Shown: positions 1-9,695, numbered from the stretch's first letter. The stretch: 64,000 bases of DNA from Thermoplasmata archaeon (GCA_022750455.1 JAKIVR010000003.1:4457-68456), one strand, 5' to 3'. The notes: generated by a model from the letters alone, not told the origin. Made by a program: numbers and translations.

Positions 1-2
1 CG

Positions 3-989
3 TTGGACGGCTCGCCACGCGGCATCGAGGCGTTCCTGCTCCAGTACGTCCGAGCGCACCCCGAATCCCGGTGGCAGGACATCGTCTCCGCCGCCTGCGG
101 GGGTCTGCGCGTCTCCCGATCCACCGTCGCGCGCCAGTTGAAGCGGCTGGTCCAGTTCGGCGACCTCGCTGTGCTTCCGAACGGGCGCTACAGTCCGCCC
201 GAGGCCCGGGAAGCGCGCTCCCCGATCCTGATCGAAACCCGGCTCTGGGAGTGGACGACCGTGGTCCACGGGGACGGCTCGGCGTGGGAGCACGAGACCC
301 GCGAGTTTCGGGTCTTGGCCGGGCGGGTCAGCCGGTACCGACTGAACTTCAACGGCCCGTTCCAGAACCTGCAGTGGTGGTTCTCCTCCCCGACGCAGCT
401 CCGCTGGCTCCCCGTCGGCTCGCAGGAGCCCCGGCTCCCCGTCGCCGAGTTCACGTTCGATCCCGCCTTGAGCGCGCGCGACGCCCGCTGGGAGCGGCTC
501 TCCCGGGGGAACGACGCGATCCACCGGTTCCGGATGTACCAAGGCGCGGTGACGCCGTTCAGCACCGACCGCTCCTCGGCGACCTCGCCGTACGAGTTCG
601 AGAGCGTCGGGCTCGAGGGGCTGCCGATCCCCGGGCGCAGCGGTCCTCCCGAGGCGACGCCGCTGCTCCGGGTCCATCTCGTCCTCCCCCAGGGATACCC
701 GTTCCATGGAGCGGACTTCATGGTCCACGCCGTCGGTGACGTGCGGCGCGTCGACGCCGAGGAGCAGGCCCGCATCGTCCACCTCGAGAAGAACTCCGGC
801 GGGCAGGACGGGTTCCTCGTCCATGGCTCGACGTTCACCCTCTCCATTCCAGCGCCGAAGCTCGACCGACAGTACGTCGTGCGCTGGGGACTCCCGACCC
901 GACCACAGTACGAGCGCTGGCTCGATTCGCTCCGCCTCCCCGCGCTCGACCCGCCGCGACCGAGCGCCCGCGGGCGCAGCGGAGCGTAG
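3..989 (+). CDS. Winged-helix (HTH) domain protein with uncharacterised C-terminal beta-rich domain; start may lie outside the window
   Basis: N-terminal helix pattern ...WQDIVSAACGGLRVSRSTVARQLKRLVQFGDL...NGRY fits wHTH; C-terminal part not recognised. Confidence 0.55.
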   Translation: MDGSPRGIEAFLLQYVRAHPESRWQDIVSAACGGLRVSRSTVARQLKRLVQFGDLAVLPNGRYSPPEAREARSPILIETRLWEWTTVVHGDGSAWEHETREFRVLAGRVSRYRLNFNGPFQNLQWWFSSPTQLRWLPVGSQEPRLPVAEFTFDPALSARDARWERLSRGNDAIHRFRMYQGAVTPFSTDRSSATSPYEFESVGLEGLPIPGRSGPPEATPLLRVHLVLPQGYPFHGADFMVHAVGDVRRVDAEEQARIVHLEKNSGGQDGFLVHGSTFTLSIPAPKLDRQYVVRWGLPTRPQYERWLDSLRLPALDPPRPSARGRSGA

Positions 990-1327
990 CTCTGGGGACG
1001 CTCGCCGCCAGCCCGGCATCGAACGAGCGGCGCGCGATCCGCCCGACGGAGGGGACGATCCACGTCGGGATCTTTCGGTCGGGAGCGGTATTTTACGTCG
1101 ATGGAAGTTCGGGCGCCAATCCGGCCCGGCCCCCTCCGAAGGGGCGCCGGAACTCGGGCCGGGACGTGTGGGCGAAACGGGGGACCGAGAGGTCTATATC
1201 CCTGCGTGTGTCCCCCCTGCCGAGCATCGATGTGGTCTCGGATTCCACGACACCTGGCATCGCCGGCTTGGACCTGAGGGAGGGACGGTAGAACTTGCAG
1301 GTTGGGGCATGCGCGCATCACCGCGGC

Positions 1328-3412
1328 GTGGGACGGGCTAGCAGCGGGCAAGCTGGTCGTTGGCTCGGTGCCGGTTTCATCCTGTTCGTGCTGCTCATCT
1401 CCGCGCTCTCGGGGAACGGCAGCCGCGTGGTCGCCACCCCCACGCTCAACGTGGCGGCCCCCACCGGCGCCGGCACCCACGCGCTGAGCGCGGTCCACCC
1501 GGCCGCCTCGACCGACAATAACGAGTACTGCTCCAAGATCAATGCGACGATCTGCGTCGCGGTCTACAACGGTTCGCCGGATATCGTGCCGAACCCCGGG
1601 AACCTCGTCTCCTCCGTGATGCCGAACGCGACCGACTCTGTCAACCTCTGGATCAAGTCCCGCTTCCCCCTCACCTGGATCAACGCGGCGCTGAGCGGCG
1701 TCTACGCACCGATCCGCATCAACGTCAGTGGCGTTCTCTGGAACGGAAACCTCTGGATGAACCCGTACGACGGGACCGTCTGGCATGCGGACGGCGGGAG
1801 CGGTGGCGCCAGCAGCCAGCCGTACTACACGCCGGCCCCGCTCAACACGGTGAACAACAAGACCTACCCGTACTGGTACAGCGTCACCATCGCCAACCAC
1901 TCGGAGAACGGAGGCCCCAACTTCTTCGCCGGTGAGTTCGTGACCTGGTGGATCTACATCCTCTCCAACAACTCCTGCTCGACCCCGTCGTGCTACACGC
2001 ACACCCAGAGCCCGACGTTCCACTACCGGATCGCGGGAGCTTGGGCGTACTCTCCCTACGCCGGCGCCGGAGAGTACGGTGGGGCCGACGCCTGGGACCA
2101 GGACCTGTACGAGCACCAGACCCCGCTCGCGCCGAACTGGAACGATTCCGTGATCGTCTCCATCATGACGACCGAGGCCGATATCCTCAATCGCACGACG
2201 ATCGGGGCGGCGTGGTTGACCGTCGGGGCGATCACGCCCGCCGGCTTCGTCCTTCCGAATCTCACCCTCACCTTCCCCGTCACCCTCCAAGGTGGGTCGG
2301 TCGGCGCCGTCCAGACCACCGTCACGATCCCGAACGCGTACTCGGCCGTCCCTGGGACGATCGTCAGCTACTCGATCACCGCGTACGACTCGGCGAAGGG
2401 GGAGACGGACCAGATCGTCACCTCCGCGTTCACCTTCACTGTCGGAGGGAACGGCACGTTCCTCTCCGGACTCTTCGAGGACGACCTCTCGCTGGTGGCC
2501 ACCCCGTCGACCGCGATCGTCGATTGGAACGCCACGCCACGGGGGGGAGCGCCGCCGCCGAGCATCCCGGAAGGGACGAACGTCAGCTTGGTGCTCTCCA
2601 GCCTCGACACCTCGACGGCGATCCTGACCTCCGAGGTCCAGTACTCGTTCTCCTTCCCCGGTCTGACGGGCGCCTCCAGCGGGACCGTGCTGCTCAGCCG
2701 GATCAACTCGACGACGGAGCAGGGCCAGATCCCCGCGCTCCCCCTCGGGGCGTGGGTCAACTTCACCGTCTACGCCTGGGATTACGTGAACAACCTGGAG
2801 ATCTCCAAGACCTACACCTACTCCACGACGACGTTCGCGAACGCGGTGACGACCGTCGCGCCGAACCTGGCGTTCTTCAACGTCTACGTCTACGATAACG
2901 GGACCCACGAGTGGGTCACGGGAGCCCAGGTCACCGTGAGCGGCTCCAACGGGTTCATCGACTCGGTGTCGACGACGACGTACGGGGTCACCTATCCGAA
3001 CACCACCGGCCACCCGTACGTCCCGCTGCTGCTGCCGGCGAACGTGACGTACAACATCACGGTCCGGGACCCGAGCTTCCAGCCGGTCGGCGCGGTCGCG
3101 GGTAACCCGGTCTCCGTCTTCTTCCTCGCGGCCCCGGAGTCGGGGATCGCGAAGAACCCTTCAGGGACCGAAGCCCCCATCGCGGTCGCCTCGACCTACA
3201 CCGTGATCGAGTCGGGGCTCGGCATCTACTTCTGGCTGAACGCCACGCCGCCCGGGCCCGCGTACTCGCACCCCGCCCAACTGGACGGGTCGTTGGCGAT
3301 CGCACCGTTGGCGACACTGTTGGTGACCTGCCTCGCCGGGCTGGGGTTCCTGCTCTGGTGGCGGCAGATCCGGGCGAAACGCCGGGAACAGGAGAAACGG
3401 ATCACCCTATGA
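1328..3412 (+). CDS. Membrane-anchored surface glycoprotein A (signal peptide, Ig-like beta-sandwich domains, C-terminal TM, tail ...RAKRREQEKRITL)
   Basis: ORF 1295-3412 with likely GTG start at 1328; hydrophobic N-terminus, many N-x-S/T sequons, repeated IP..P.G..V.F/Y.V.A.D motifs, C-terminal TM and basic tail. Confidence 0.8.
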   Translation: MGRASSGQAGRWLGAGFILFVLLISALSGNGSRVVATPTLNVAAPTGAGTHALSAVHPAASTDNNEYCSKINATICVAVYNGSPDIVPNPGNLVSSVMPNATDSVNLWIKSRFPLTWINAALSGVYAPIRINVSGVLWNGNLWMNPYDGTVWHADGGSGGASSQPYYTPAPLNTVNNKTYPYWYSVTIANHSENGGPNFFAGEFVTWWIYILSNNSCSTPSCYTHTQSPTFHYRIAGAWAYSPYAGAGEYGGADAWDQDLYEHQTPLAPNWNDSVIVSIMTTEADILNRTTIGAAWLTVGAITPAGFVLPNLTLTFPVTLQGGSVGAVQTTVTIPNAYSAVPGTIVSYSITAYDSAKGETDQIVTSAFTFTVGGNGTFLSGLFEDDLSLVATPSTAIVDWNATPRGGAPPPSIPEGTNVSLVLSSLDTSTAILTSEVQYSFSFPGLTGASSGTVLLSRINSTTEQGQIPALPLGAWVNFTVYAWDYVNNLEISKTYTYSTTTFANAVTTVAPNLAFFNVYVYDNGTHEWVTGAQVTVSGSNGFIDSVSTTTYGVTYPNTTGHPYVPLLLPANVTYNITVRDPSFQPVGAVAGNPVSVFFLAAPESGIAKNPSGTEAPIAVASTYTVIESGLGIYFWLNATPPGPAYSHPAQLDGSLAIAPLATLLVTCLAGLGFLLWWRQIRAKRREQEKRITL

Positions 3413-5295
3413 GTCGAGCCGCCGTCTGGGCCGTCGTTCTGGTGGCCGGTTTCCTCCTCTCCGGACTCGTCACGGCGGTTTCGTACACGACCGAGAGCGC
3501 CCCGGTCTCCCACGCCGCCCCGATGCCGTTCAAGATCCTCACGCCGTCGGCCCCCGACTCCCGGGTGACCACCGCGTCCGGCTCGACGCCCCTCGTGTCG
3601 ACGCACGGCACTTGGACAACGTCTTCGTTCTTCAACAACATTCAAGTGACGGTCTCCGACCCGTACGTCGGTCCGTTCTCGCAGTTCGCCACGGTCCCGA
3701 CGATCAACACGATCCCGATGGCGGCGACCGGGTTCTGGCTGAACATCTCCACGGACATCCCGATTTTCACCGCGAACATCACCATCTGGGGCAACCAGTG
3801 GCCGGACCGGAACGTCTCCGAACCGATCTCCGGGTTCAACCCCTCGGCCCCGGCGACGTTCTCGATGCTGGTGAACCCGGCCCCCGCGAACAACACCGCC
3901 TCATTCTACTTCAACTGCCTCGAGTACTTCTGGCCCGGCTCCAGCCTCGGGTTCAACCTGAGCGTCACTGGGAACCCGTCGTACCATCCGAGCCCCTCAA
4001 CGTTGTGGTCGGCGGGACCTCCGGGGCAGGGAGCGGGTCAGTACGCGTCCGAGTGGCCGGCGGGGAGCGCCGACTATGCGACGTGGCTCGCCAACGTCCA
4101 GACCCCGTGGATCTCTCCCCAGTTCAACAGCTCGATCATCGTCTCGACCTCCCCGTCGGTCCTGACGAGCCCGGCGTACGAGCCGAACTCGGTGCAGACG
4201 CTGCAGATCTACCTCACGCCGGTCCAACTTCCGGGATTCCCGACCGCGACGATCCCCGCGGCCCAGATCAACTACACCGTGGTGCAAGGGGTCAAGCACG
4301 ACGTCTACATCGTCGACTTCATCCCCCCGAACGGGACGCTCGCCTACCTCCCGGCGCCGATCGGACCGTTCCCGAACTCCACGATCTTCTTCAACGTCAC
4401 CGCGTGGCTTCCGTGGAACGGGGGCTCCGGCGAGGTCGATCCGATCTACAGCCCGATCTACGAGTTCAAGTGGTCCCCGAACGGCGGCTGGGTCTTCCCG
4501 GACCAGCCCCTCCTGAACAACGTCGCCATGTACTGCAATCCGGACATCCTCTCGGCTCCGAACACGGTCATCCCGGCGGGACAGCCCGTGACGTGCAACA
4601 TCAATGAGCCGACGCCCAACGTCACGATGAGCCTCTCCCAGATCAACTACGTCTTCACCGATGGCGTCGGTCGGCACTCGGGCACGCTCCCGATGACCCT
4701 CAGCTCGGCGAACAACGCCTCGTCGGTCACGATCCCCGGGCTGCCCCCGGATACGACCCTGACGTTCTTCGTGGAAGCGAAGGATTTCATGGGGAACCCC
4801 GTCTTCTCCCAGAACTTCACCTACCGCACCTCCACCTCCCCCCCGGCCACTCTCCCGGGAGGTCGGGGCCTCTTCTTCTTCGAAGGGCTCGACATCTCCG
4901 GGACCGGGCTGATCCCGAACCTCCAGTTCACGATCTCCAACGCGACGTGGAGCGAGAGCCGCAACGGCAGCTCCCTCGGCTTCGGCTTCCCGCTCATCCC
5001 GGGCAGTGAGACGCTGTTGCTCCCGCTCGGGGCCGGCGCCTATCTGCTGACCGTGACGGCGTTCGGCCAGACCCAGACGGCGACGGTGAACGTCGCACCG
5101 GGGAATCCGTTCACGGTCCTCTTCTACTTCGCCTCGCAGCCGATCGCCCCGACCGGCGAGTCCAATCTACCCGTGATGACCGTCGCGAGCGGGGGCGGAT
5201 TGATCTTCGCCGCCGTAGCGGCCGGAGTCACCGTGCCCTGGTTCAGCGATCGCCGCGCCAAGGCGCTCGCGGAGCAGCGGCGAGTCACGCTGTAA
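3409..5295 (+). CDS. Membrane-anchored surface glycoprotein B, paralog of A (tail ...RAKALAEQRRVTL)
   Basis: ATG at 3409 overlaps the upstream stop (ATGA); signal peptide MSRAAVWAVVLVAGFLL; same architecture as A (e.g. TIPGLPPDTTLTFFVEAKD vs QIPALPLGAWVNFTVYAWD); C-terminal TM. Confidence 0.8.
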   Translation: MSRAAVWAVVLVAGFLLSGLVTAVSYTTESAPVSHAAPMPFKILTPSAPDSRVTTASGSTPLVSTHGTWTTSSFFNNIQVTVSDPYVGPFSQFATVPTINTIPMAATGFWLNISTDIPIFTANITIWGNQWPDRNVSEPISGFNPSAPATFSMLVNPAPANNTASFYFNCLEYFWPGSSLGFNLSVTGNPSYHPSPSTLWSAGPPGQGAGQYASEWPAGSADYATWLANVQTPWISPQFNSSIIVSTSPSVLTSPAYEPNSVQTLQIYLTPVQLPGFPTATIPAAQINYTVVQGVKHDVYIVDFIPPNGTLAYLPAPIGPFPNSTIFFNVTAWLPWNGGSGEVDPIYSPIYEFKWSPNGGWVFPDQPLLNNVAMYCNPDILSAPNTVIPAGQPVTCNINEPTPNVTMSLSQINYVFTDGVGRHSGTLPMTLSSANNASSVTIPGLPPDTTLTFFVEAKDFMGNPVFSQNFTYRTSTSPPATLPGGRGLFFFEGLDISGTGLIPNLQFTISNATWSESRNGSSLGFGFPLIPGSETLLLPLGAGAYLLTVTAFGQTQTATVNVAPGNPFTVLFYFASQPIAPTGESNLPVMTVASGGGLIFAAVAAGVTVPWFSDRRAKALAEQRRVTL

Positions 5296-5313
5296 GGAAA
5301 GAGGAGCCAAACG

Positions 5314-8300
5314 ATGAGTGGAGACCCTAACGAACCGACAACGCCGGCCCCCCGTCGAACGATCACTGGCACCGCGGCCCCCGCGGCCGCTGTGCCCGCA
5401 GGCGCCGCGGCTCCCACTCCCGCCCCTGTGGCTCCGGCGACACCCGCTCCCGCGCCAGCGCCGGCCAAACCCGCGACACCGTCGTTGCCCCGGCCTCCGG
5501 TGAAGGCCGGAACTCCGGCAACGCCGGGTCTTCCGGCCAAGCCCCGCCCCGCGGCGGCTCCCGCCGGGGTCAAGCCGAAGGGAACTTCGGCTCCGCTCGC
5601 CACCCAGCCGCGCCGCCCGACGACGCCCGCCCGTCCGCGGGGCGCGTCGCCGCCGGCCCGTCGCCCTCCCCAGGGCGGCATGTCGCTCGGAGGATTCGTC
5701 CCGCCCCGCGGCACCATGGGACACCGGACCGGTCTCGTCCTGCTCGTCGCCGGGATCATCCTGCTCGGCTCGGGGGTCGGACTGTACTTCACCTTCTACC
5801 CGGTCATCGCCAACACCCAGACCGCCGCCGGGTTCCTCTCGACCTCGAACGCGCAGCTGTTCACCAACGACCCGGGCGTGAAGGCCGTCCACCTGACCAG
5901 CTCGAGTGAGAAGGTCGGGGCCTCGGTCTACATCCTCGATACGGTAAGCTCCGTCCAGTACAACGCCTCGGCCGGCGTCACCTTACTGACATTCCAATCG
6001 ATCTCGAACGAACCGACGAACGAACGGGCGACGCAGTCGTCGTTGGCCCAGCTGCTGTTCGGAACGTTCTCCGGTTCGATCTCATGGCTCAAATCCGGCG
6101 AGCAGATCCTGATGACGTTCACGATCGTCCAGGCCCAGCTCCCCGGCGGGGTCTACACCTCCCAGCCGTACCTCACTCTCGATGCGGCGGCCGACGCCAC
6201 GCACGCCTCGCTCTCCCCGGGCGGACCGACGGGGCTCGCGTCCCCGGCGATCGGGCAGCAGTACATCCAGCCCGGCTTCAACGTCGACTATCAAGGTCTC
6301 TTCATCTTCCTCGCCATCGTCGGCGGCCTGATCGTCCTCGGCGAGCTGTTCTTCGCGGGCGGCCTCGAGCGGTGGATTCGTAGTCAGACGAAGGACCCCC
6401 AGAACCTCGTCGTCGGCCTGATGGGCGCCATGACGGCGTTCGCGGGCTTCTTCATGCCGTTCTATCCGTGGCCGTACGTCCTCTTGTTCGTCGCCGGCAT
6501 CATGGCCGTCGCGTGGAAGTTCCCCCAGCTCTCCCTCGTGATGTTGTGTCTGATCGTCGTGCCGGAAGTGGCGTACCAGAGCGGCGCGCTCGGCCTCATC
6601 TTCCTGGTCGCGCTCATCCCGATCCTGTACGCGGGGCTCGTGGACTGGAGGTTCGGCTTCGGCGCCCTCCTCACCCTGTTCCTCGCACCGGTCGGACTGT
6701 CGTTCGCCGTGCCGATCTTCATGGCGCTGATCTTCTCCTTGTATCTCGGCCTCGCGGTCGCGGTCGCGGGCGGACTGCTCATCACGATCTTCGTCACGCT
6801 CGGGAACCTCCCGATGTTCGGGTACCTGGTGGGACCGGGCGCCTCGTCGAACCCGTCCCTGGTGGCCGGGCATTCGGCGGCGTTACTCCCGGCGCTCCCG
6901 TGGACGTTCTTCTCGCTCGGCTCCGTCGGGGCCGCCTACAGCAATCTCTTCAGCCCGAACTTCACGGTCCTGGCGGCCGGCTGGGGTGGGCTCGGATCCA
7001 TCGCGATCCCGCTGGCGGAGATTGGCTCGTGGTGCTTCGCGGCTTGGCTGATCGCGACGCAGCTCCACGACCGCGAGAAGCAGTCCCAGGAGAACCTGCT
7101 GCGGACCTCGTTCGCAGGCGGAGCGGTCGTCGCGGCCGTCGCCCTCGTCGGCTTCGCCTCGTTCAACTACATCCAGTGGCCGATGCTCGTCGTGCTCCTC
7201 TTCCTGCCCGCGATGGTCGCGGTCGCGGCCGGAGCTCTCGTCGTGCGCGACACGTTCGAGGCGTACTTCACGAGCCGCATGGGAGCGACCAGCGTCGGAA
7301 CACGCGTCGCCGAGATGAAAGGCCTCCAGAAGGTCACGTTCGAGATGGTCGGGGGTCTCCACGATGTCAAGGCCGACATCAAGGAGTCGATGATCATCCC
7401 GCTGATGCGGAAGGATATCACCACCCGGTTCCGACTGGAGCCGCCGAAGGGGTTGCTGCTGTTCGGACCGCCCGGGTGCGGCAAGACGATGCTCATGAAG
7501 GCGCTCGCGAGCGAGCTCGGGGTCGAGATGATCTCGATCAAGTGCTCGGACGTCATGAGCAAATGGTACGGCGAGTCGGAGAACAAGATCGCGGACCTCT
7601 TGCGCACCGCGCGCGAGCGAGCGCCGTGCATCCTGTTCATGGATGAAATCGACTCGATCGCCAAGCGCCGGGACATGTACACGGCGGACGATGTGACGCC
7701 GCGCCTTCTCTCGATCCTACTCTCGGAGATGGACGGGATCGAGAAGTCCGCGGGAGTCATCGTCGTCGGGTCCACGAACAAGCCCGACCTGATCGACCCG
7801 GCGCTGATGCGTCCGGGCCGTCTCGACAAGATCATCTACGTCCCGCCGCCCGACTTCAATGAGCGGATGGAGGTCGTCCACGTGCACATGCAGGGACGGC
7901 CGGTCTCGGGCGAGATCGACCTCGCTGAGATCGCGAAGAAGACCGAGCGGTTCTCCGGAGCCGACCTGGCGAACCTGGTGCGGGAAGCCGCCACCATCGC
8001 CGTCCGGCGCGAGATGATGAAGCAGGACGCGAGCGGCTCCATGACCATGGAGGACTTCCAGCAGGTCATTGGCCGGATCAAGCCGTCGATCTCGCTGCGG
8101 ATGCTCACCGACTACGAGACGATGAAGATGGACTATGAGCGCAAGATGCACCAGGTCCAGCGGATGGAACGCAAGGTCGTCGTCCACTGGGACGACGTCG
8201 GCGGTCTCACCGACATCAAGTCGGCGATCCGGGAGTACGTCGAGCTCCCGCTCACTCGCCCGGAGCTGATGGAGAGCTACAAGATCAAGACCGGTCGGGG

Positions 8301-9126
8301 CATCCTGCTCTTCGGACCCCCGGGATGCGGCAAGACGCACATCATGCGCGCGGCGGCGAACGAGCTGAACGTGCCGATGCAGATCGTCAACGGCCCCGAG
8401 CTCGTAAGCGCCCTCGCGGGACAGTCGGAAGCGGCCGTCCGGGACGTGCTGTACCGGGCCCGGGAGAACGCGCCGAGCATCGTCTTCTTCGATGAGATCG
8501 ATGCGTTGGCGTCGAAGGACTCGATGCGCACGCCCGAGGTGTCGCGCGCCGTGAGCCAGTTCCTGACGGAGATGGACGGCCTTCGCCCGAAGGACAAGGT
8601 CATCATCATCGCCACCACGAACCGTCCGCAGACCCTCGATCCGGCGCTGCTCCGTCCGGGCCGGTTCGACAAGATCTTCTACGTGCCGCCGCCCGACCTC
8701 GCGGCCCGCCAGGACATCTTCCGGATCCACCTGAAGGGAGTCCCGGTGGATGGCGCGGTCGATTTCGGCGTGCTCGCGCAGAACTCCGAAGGGTACTCGG
8801 GCGCGGACATCGCAGGTGCCGTCGACGAGGCGAAGCTGATCGCGTTGCGCTCGCAGCTGGTCCTCGAGACCGGCGCGCCGACCCCGGTCGGGGGACCCGC
8901 CGGTGGTCTCTTCGCGGCCGGCACCGCACGCGCCAGCCAACCGCAGCACGTCTTCGGCATGGGAGATCCGACCGGTCTGAACCAGGCCGCGGCCCCCGAG
9001 GCGGACGTCGCGGGGGTGCGCATGCAGGACCTGACCGCCGCGATCGCCAAGCAGAAGCCGAGCATCACGCCCGAAACGCTCGCGTGGGCCCAGGAGTTCA
9101 TCAAGTCGTATGGAACCCGGGGATGA
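5314..9126 (+). CDS. Polytopic membrane protein fused to tandem Cdc48/VAT-like AAA+ ATPase domains
   Basis: Pro/Ala-rich N-terminus, TM, extracellular domain, roughly a dozen hydrophobic segments, then two AAA modules (GPPGCGKT at 7465 and 8314; FMDEID and FFDEID; ALMRPGRLD and ALLRPGRFD); AGGAG RBS upstream. Confidence 0.9.
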   Translation: MSGDPNEPTTPAPRRTITGTAAPAAAVPAGAAAPTPAPVAPATPAPAPAPAKPATPSLPRPPVKAGTPATPGLPAKPRPAAAPAGVKPKGTSAPLATQPRRPTTPARPRGASPPARRPPQGGMSLGGFVPPRGTMGHRTGLVLLVAGIILLGSGVGLYFTFYPVIANTQTAAGFLSTSNAQLFTNDPGVKAVHLTSSSEKVGASVYILDTVSSVQYNASAGVTLLTFQSISNEPTNERATQSSLAQLLFGTFSGSISWLKSGEQILMTFTIVQAQLPGGVYTSQPYLTLDAAADATHASLSPGGPTGLASPAIGQQYIQPGFNVDYQGLFIFLAIVGGLIVLGELFFAGGLERWIRSQTKDPQNLVVGLMGAMTAFAGFFMPFYPWPYVLLFVAGIMAVAWKFPQLSLVMLCLIVVPEVAYQSGALGLIFLVALIPILYAGLVDWRFGFGALLTLFLAPVGLSFAVPIFMALIFSLYLGLAVAVAGGLLITIFVTLGNLPMFGYLVGPGASSNPSLVAGHSAALLPALPWTFFSLGSVGAAYSNLFSPNFTVLAAGWGGLGSIAIPLAEIGSWCFAAWLIATQLHDREKQSQENLLRTSFAGGAVVAAVALVGFASFNYIQWPMLVVLLFLPAMVAVAAGALVVRDTFEAYFTSRMGATSVGTRVAEMKGLQKVTFEMVGGLHDVKADIKESMIIPLMRKDITTRFRLEPPKGLLLFGPPGCGKTMLMKALASELGVEMISIKCSDVMSKWYGESENKIADLLRTARERAPCILFMDEIDSIAKRRDMYTADDVTPRLLSILLSEMDGIEKSAGVIVVGSTNKPDLIDPALMRPGRLDKIIYVPPPDFNERMEVVHVHMQGRPVSGEIDLAEIAKKTERFSGADLANLVREAATIAVRREMMKQDASGSMTMEDFQQVIGRIKPSISLRMLTDYETMKMDYERKMHQVQRMERKVVVHWDDVGGLTDIKSAIREYVELPLTRPELMESYKIKTGRGILLFGPPGCGKTHIMRAAANELNVPMQIVNGPELVSALAGQSEAAVRDVLYRARENAPSIVFFDEIDALASKDSMRTPEVSRAVSQFLTEMDGLRPKDKVIIIATTNRPQTLDPALLRPGRFDKIFYVPPPDLAARQDIFRIHLKGVPVDGAVDFGVLAQNSEGYSGADIAGAVDEAKLIALRSQLVLETGAPTPVGGPAGGLFAAGTARASQPQHVFGMGDPTGLNQAAAPEADVAGVRMQDLTAAIAKQKPSITPETLAWAQEFIKSYGTRG

Positions 9127-9508
9127 GCTCGTCCGACCGACAGAGGGCGGGCGCCCCCGCCCATCGGACCGGCCGTCGCGGGACAAGATCTCCTCCGTCG
9201 GCCTCCCTCCTCGAGTCGACCCGGACGACCTCCCCGTCCCCCGGACGGAAGACCCGGCGTTCTGGCTGGCGGTCCTCATCGGGGCCGCGACGGTGTTCGC
9301 GGTCGGCGTCTACATGCCGTTCCGGTACGGGTACCCGTGGGAGTACCTCGCGTTCCCGTTCACCATCGCGGGCGGCGCGGTCGGCTCGATCGCCATCTCC
9401 CGCTGGCAGCTGCTCCGGCGCAGCCGCGCCCAGGAAGGCCGGGAGGAGCGGCTCGCCCAGCTCCCGAGCTTCGAGGTGTACACCCCCCCGAAGCCTCCCT
9501 CCTCCTGA
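9110..9508 (+). CDS. Small two-TM membrane protein, likely last gene of the AAA operon
   Basis: Overlaps the ATPase 3' end; two hydrophobic helices (FWLAVLIGAATVFAVGVYM; YLAFPFTIAGGAVGSIAI). Confidence 0.65.
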   Translation: MEPGDELVRPTEGGRPRPSDRPSRDKISSVGLPPRVDPDDLPVPRTEDPAFWLAVLIGAATVFAVGVYMPFRYGYPWEYLAFPFTIAGGAVGSIAISRWQLLRRSRAQEGREERLAQLPSFEVYTPPKPPSS

Positions 9509-9695
9509 CGCCGTACCGGGGTCTCGCGACGAGGTGAGACTTGTGTCAAAAACTAGTGTTAAAGAGGGGTGCGCCTCTCTCCCCCCCCGATATGCGCCGG
9601 ACGGAGAGGGGCTCGTCCGCGCCCTCGGCAGTTTCGAGCGGGAGCTCGGAGCGCGCCGAACGGCCCCGATCCACCGGACGAACGGAACGTAATCG

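Noticed and set aside
990-1327. Structured ncRNA or riboswitch in GC-rich intergenic regions (also 43610-43836, 51780-51900, 54770-55020)
   Set aside because: Hairpins can be drawn but match no family I recognise; an Infernal/Rfam search would be needed
188-3013. 941-aa minus-strand ORF and similar long antisense or alternate-frame ORFs (13625-16471, 16547-19150, 22463-25891, 27566-29767, 39899-42709, 44961-47387)
   Set aside because: Arg/Gly/Pro-rich shadows of well-supported genes; long open frames are expected at this GC content
5314-9126. Calling the AAA protein FtsH or canonical Cdc48/VAT
   Set aside because: No HExxH protease domain, two AAA modules, and a polytopic membrane region in place of the soluble N-domain
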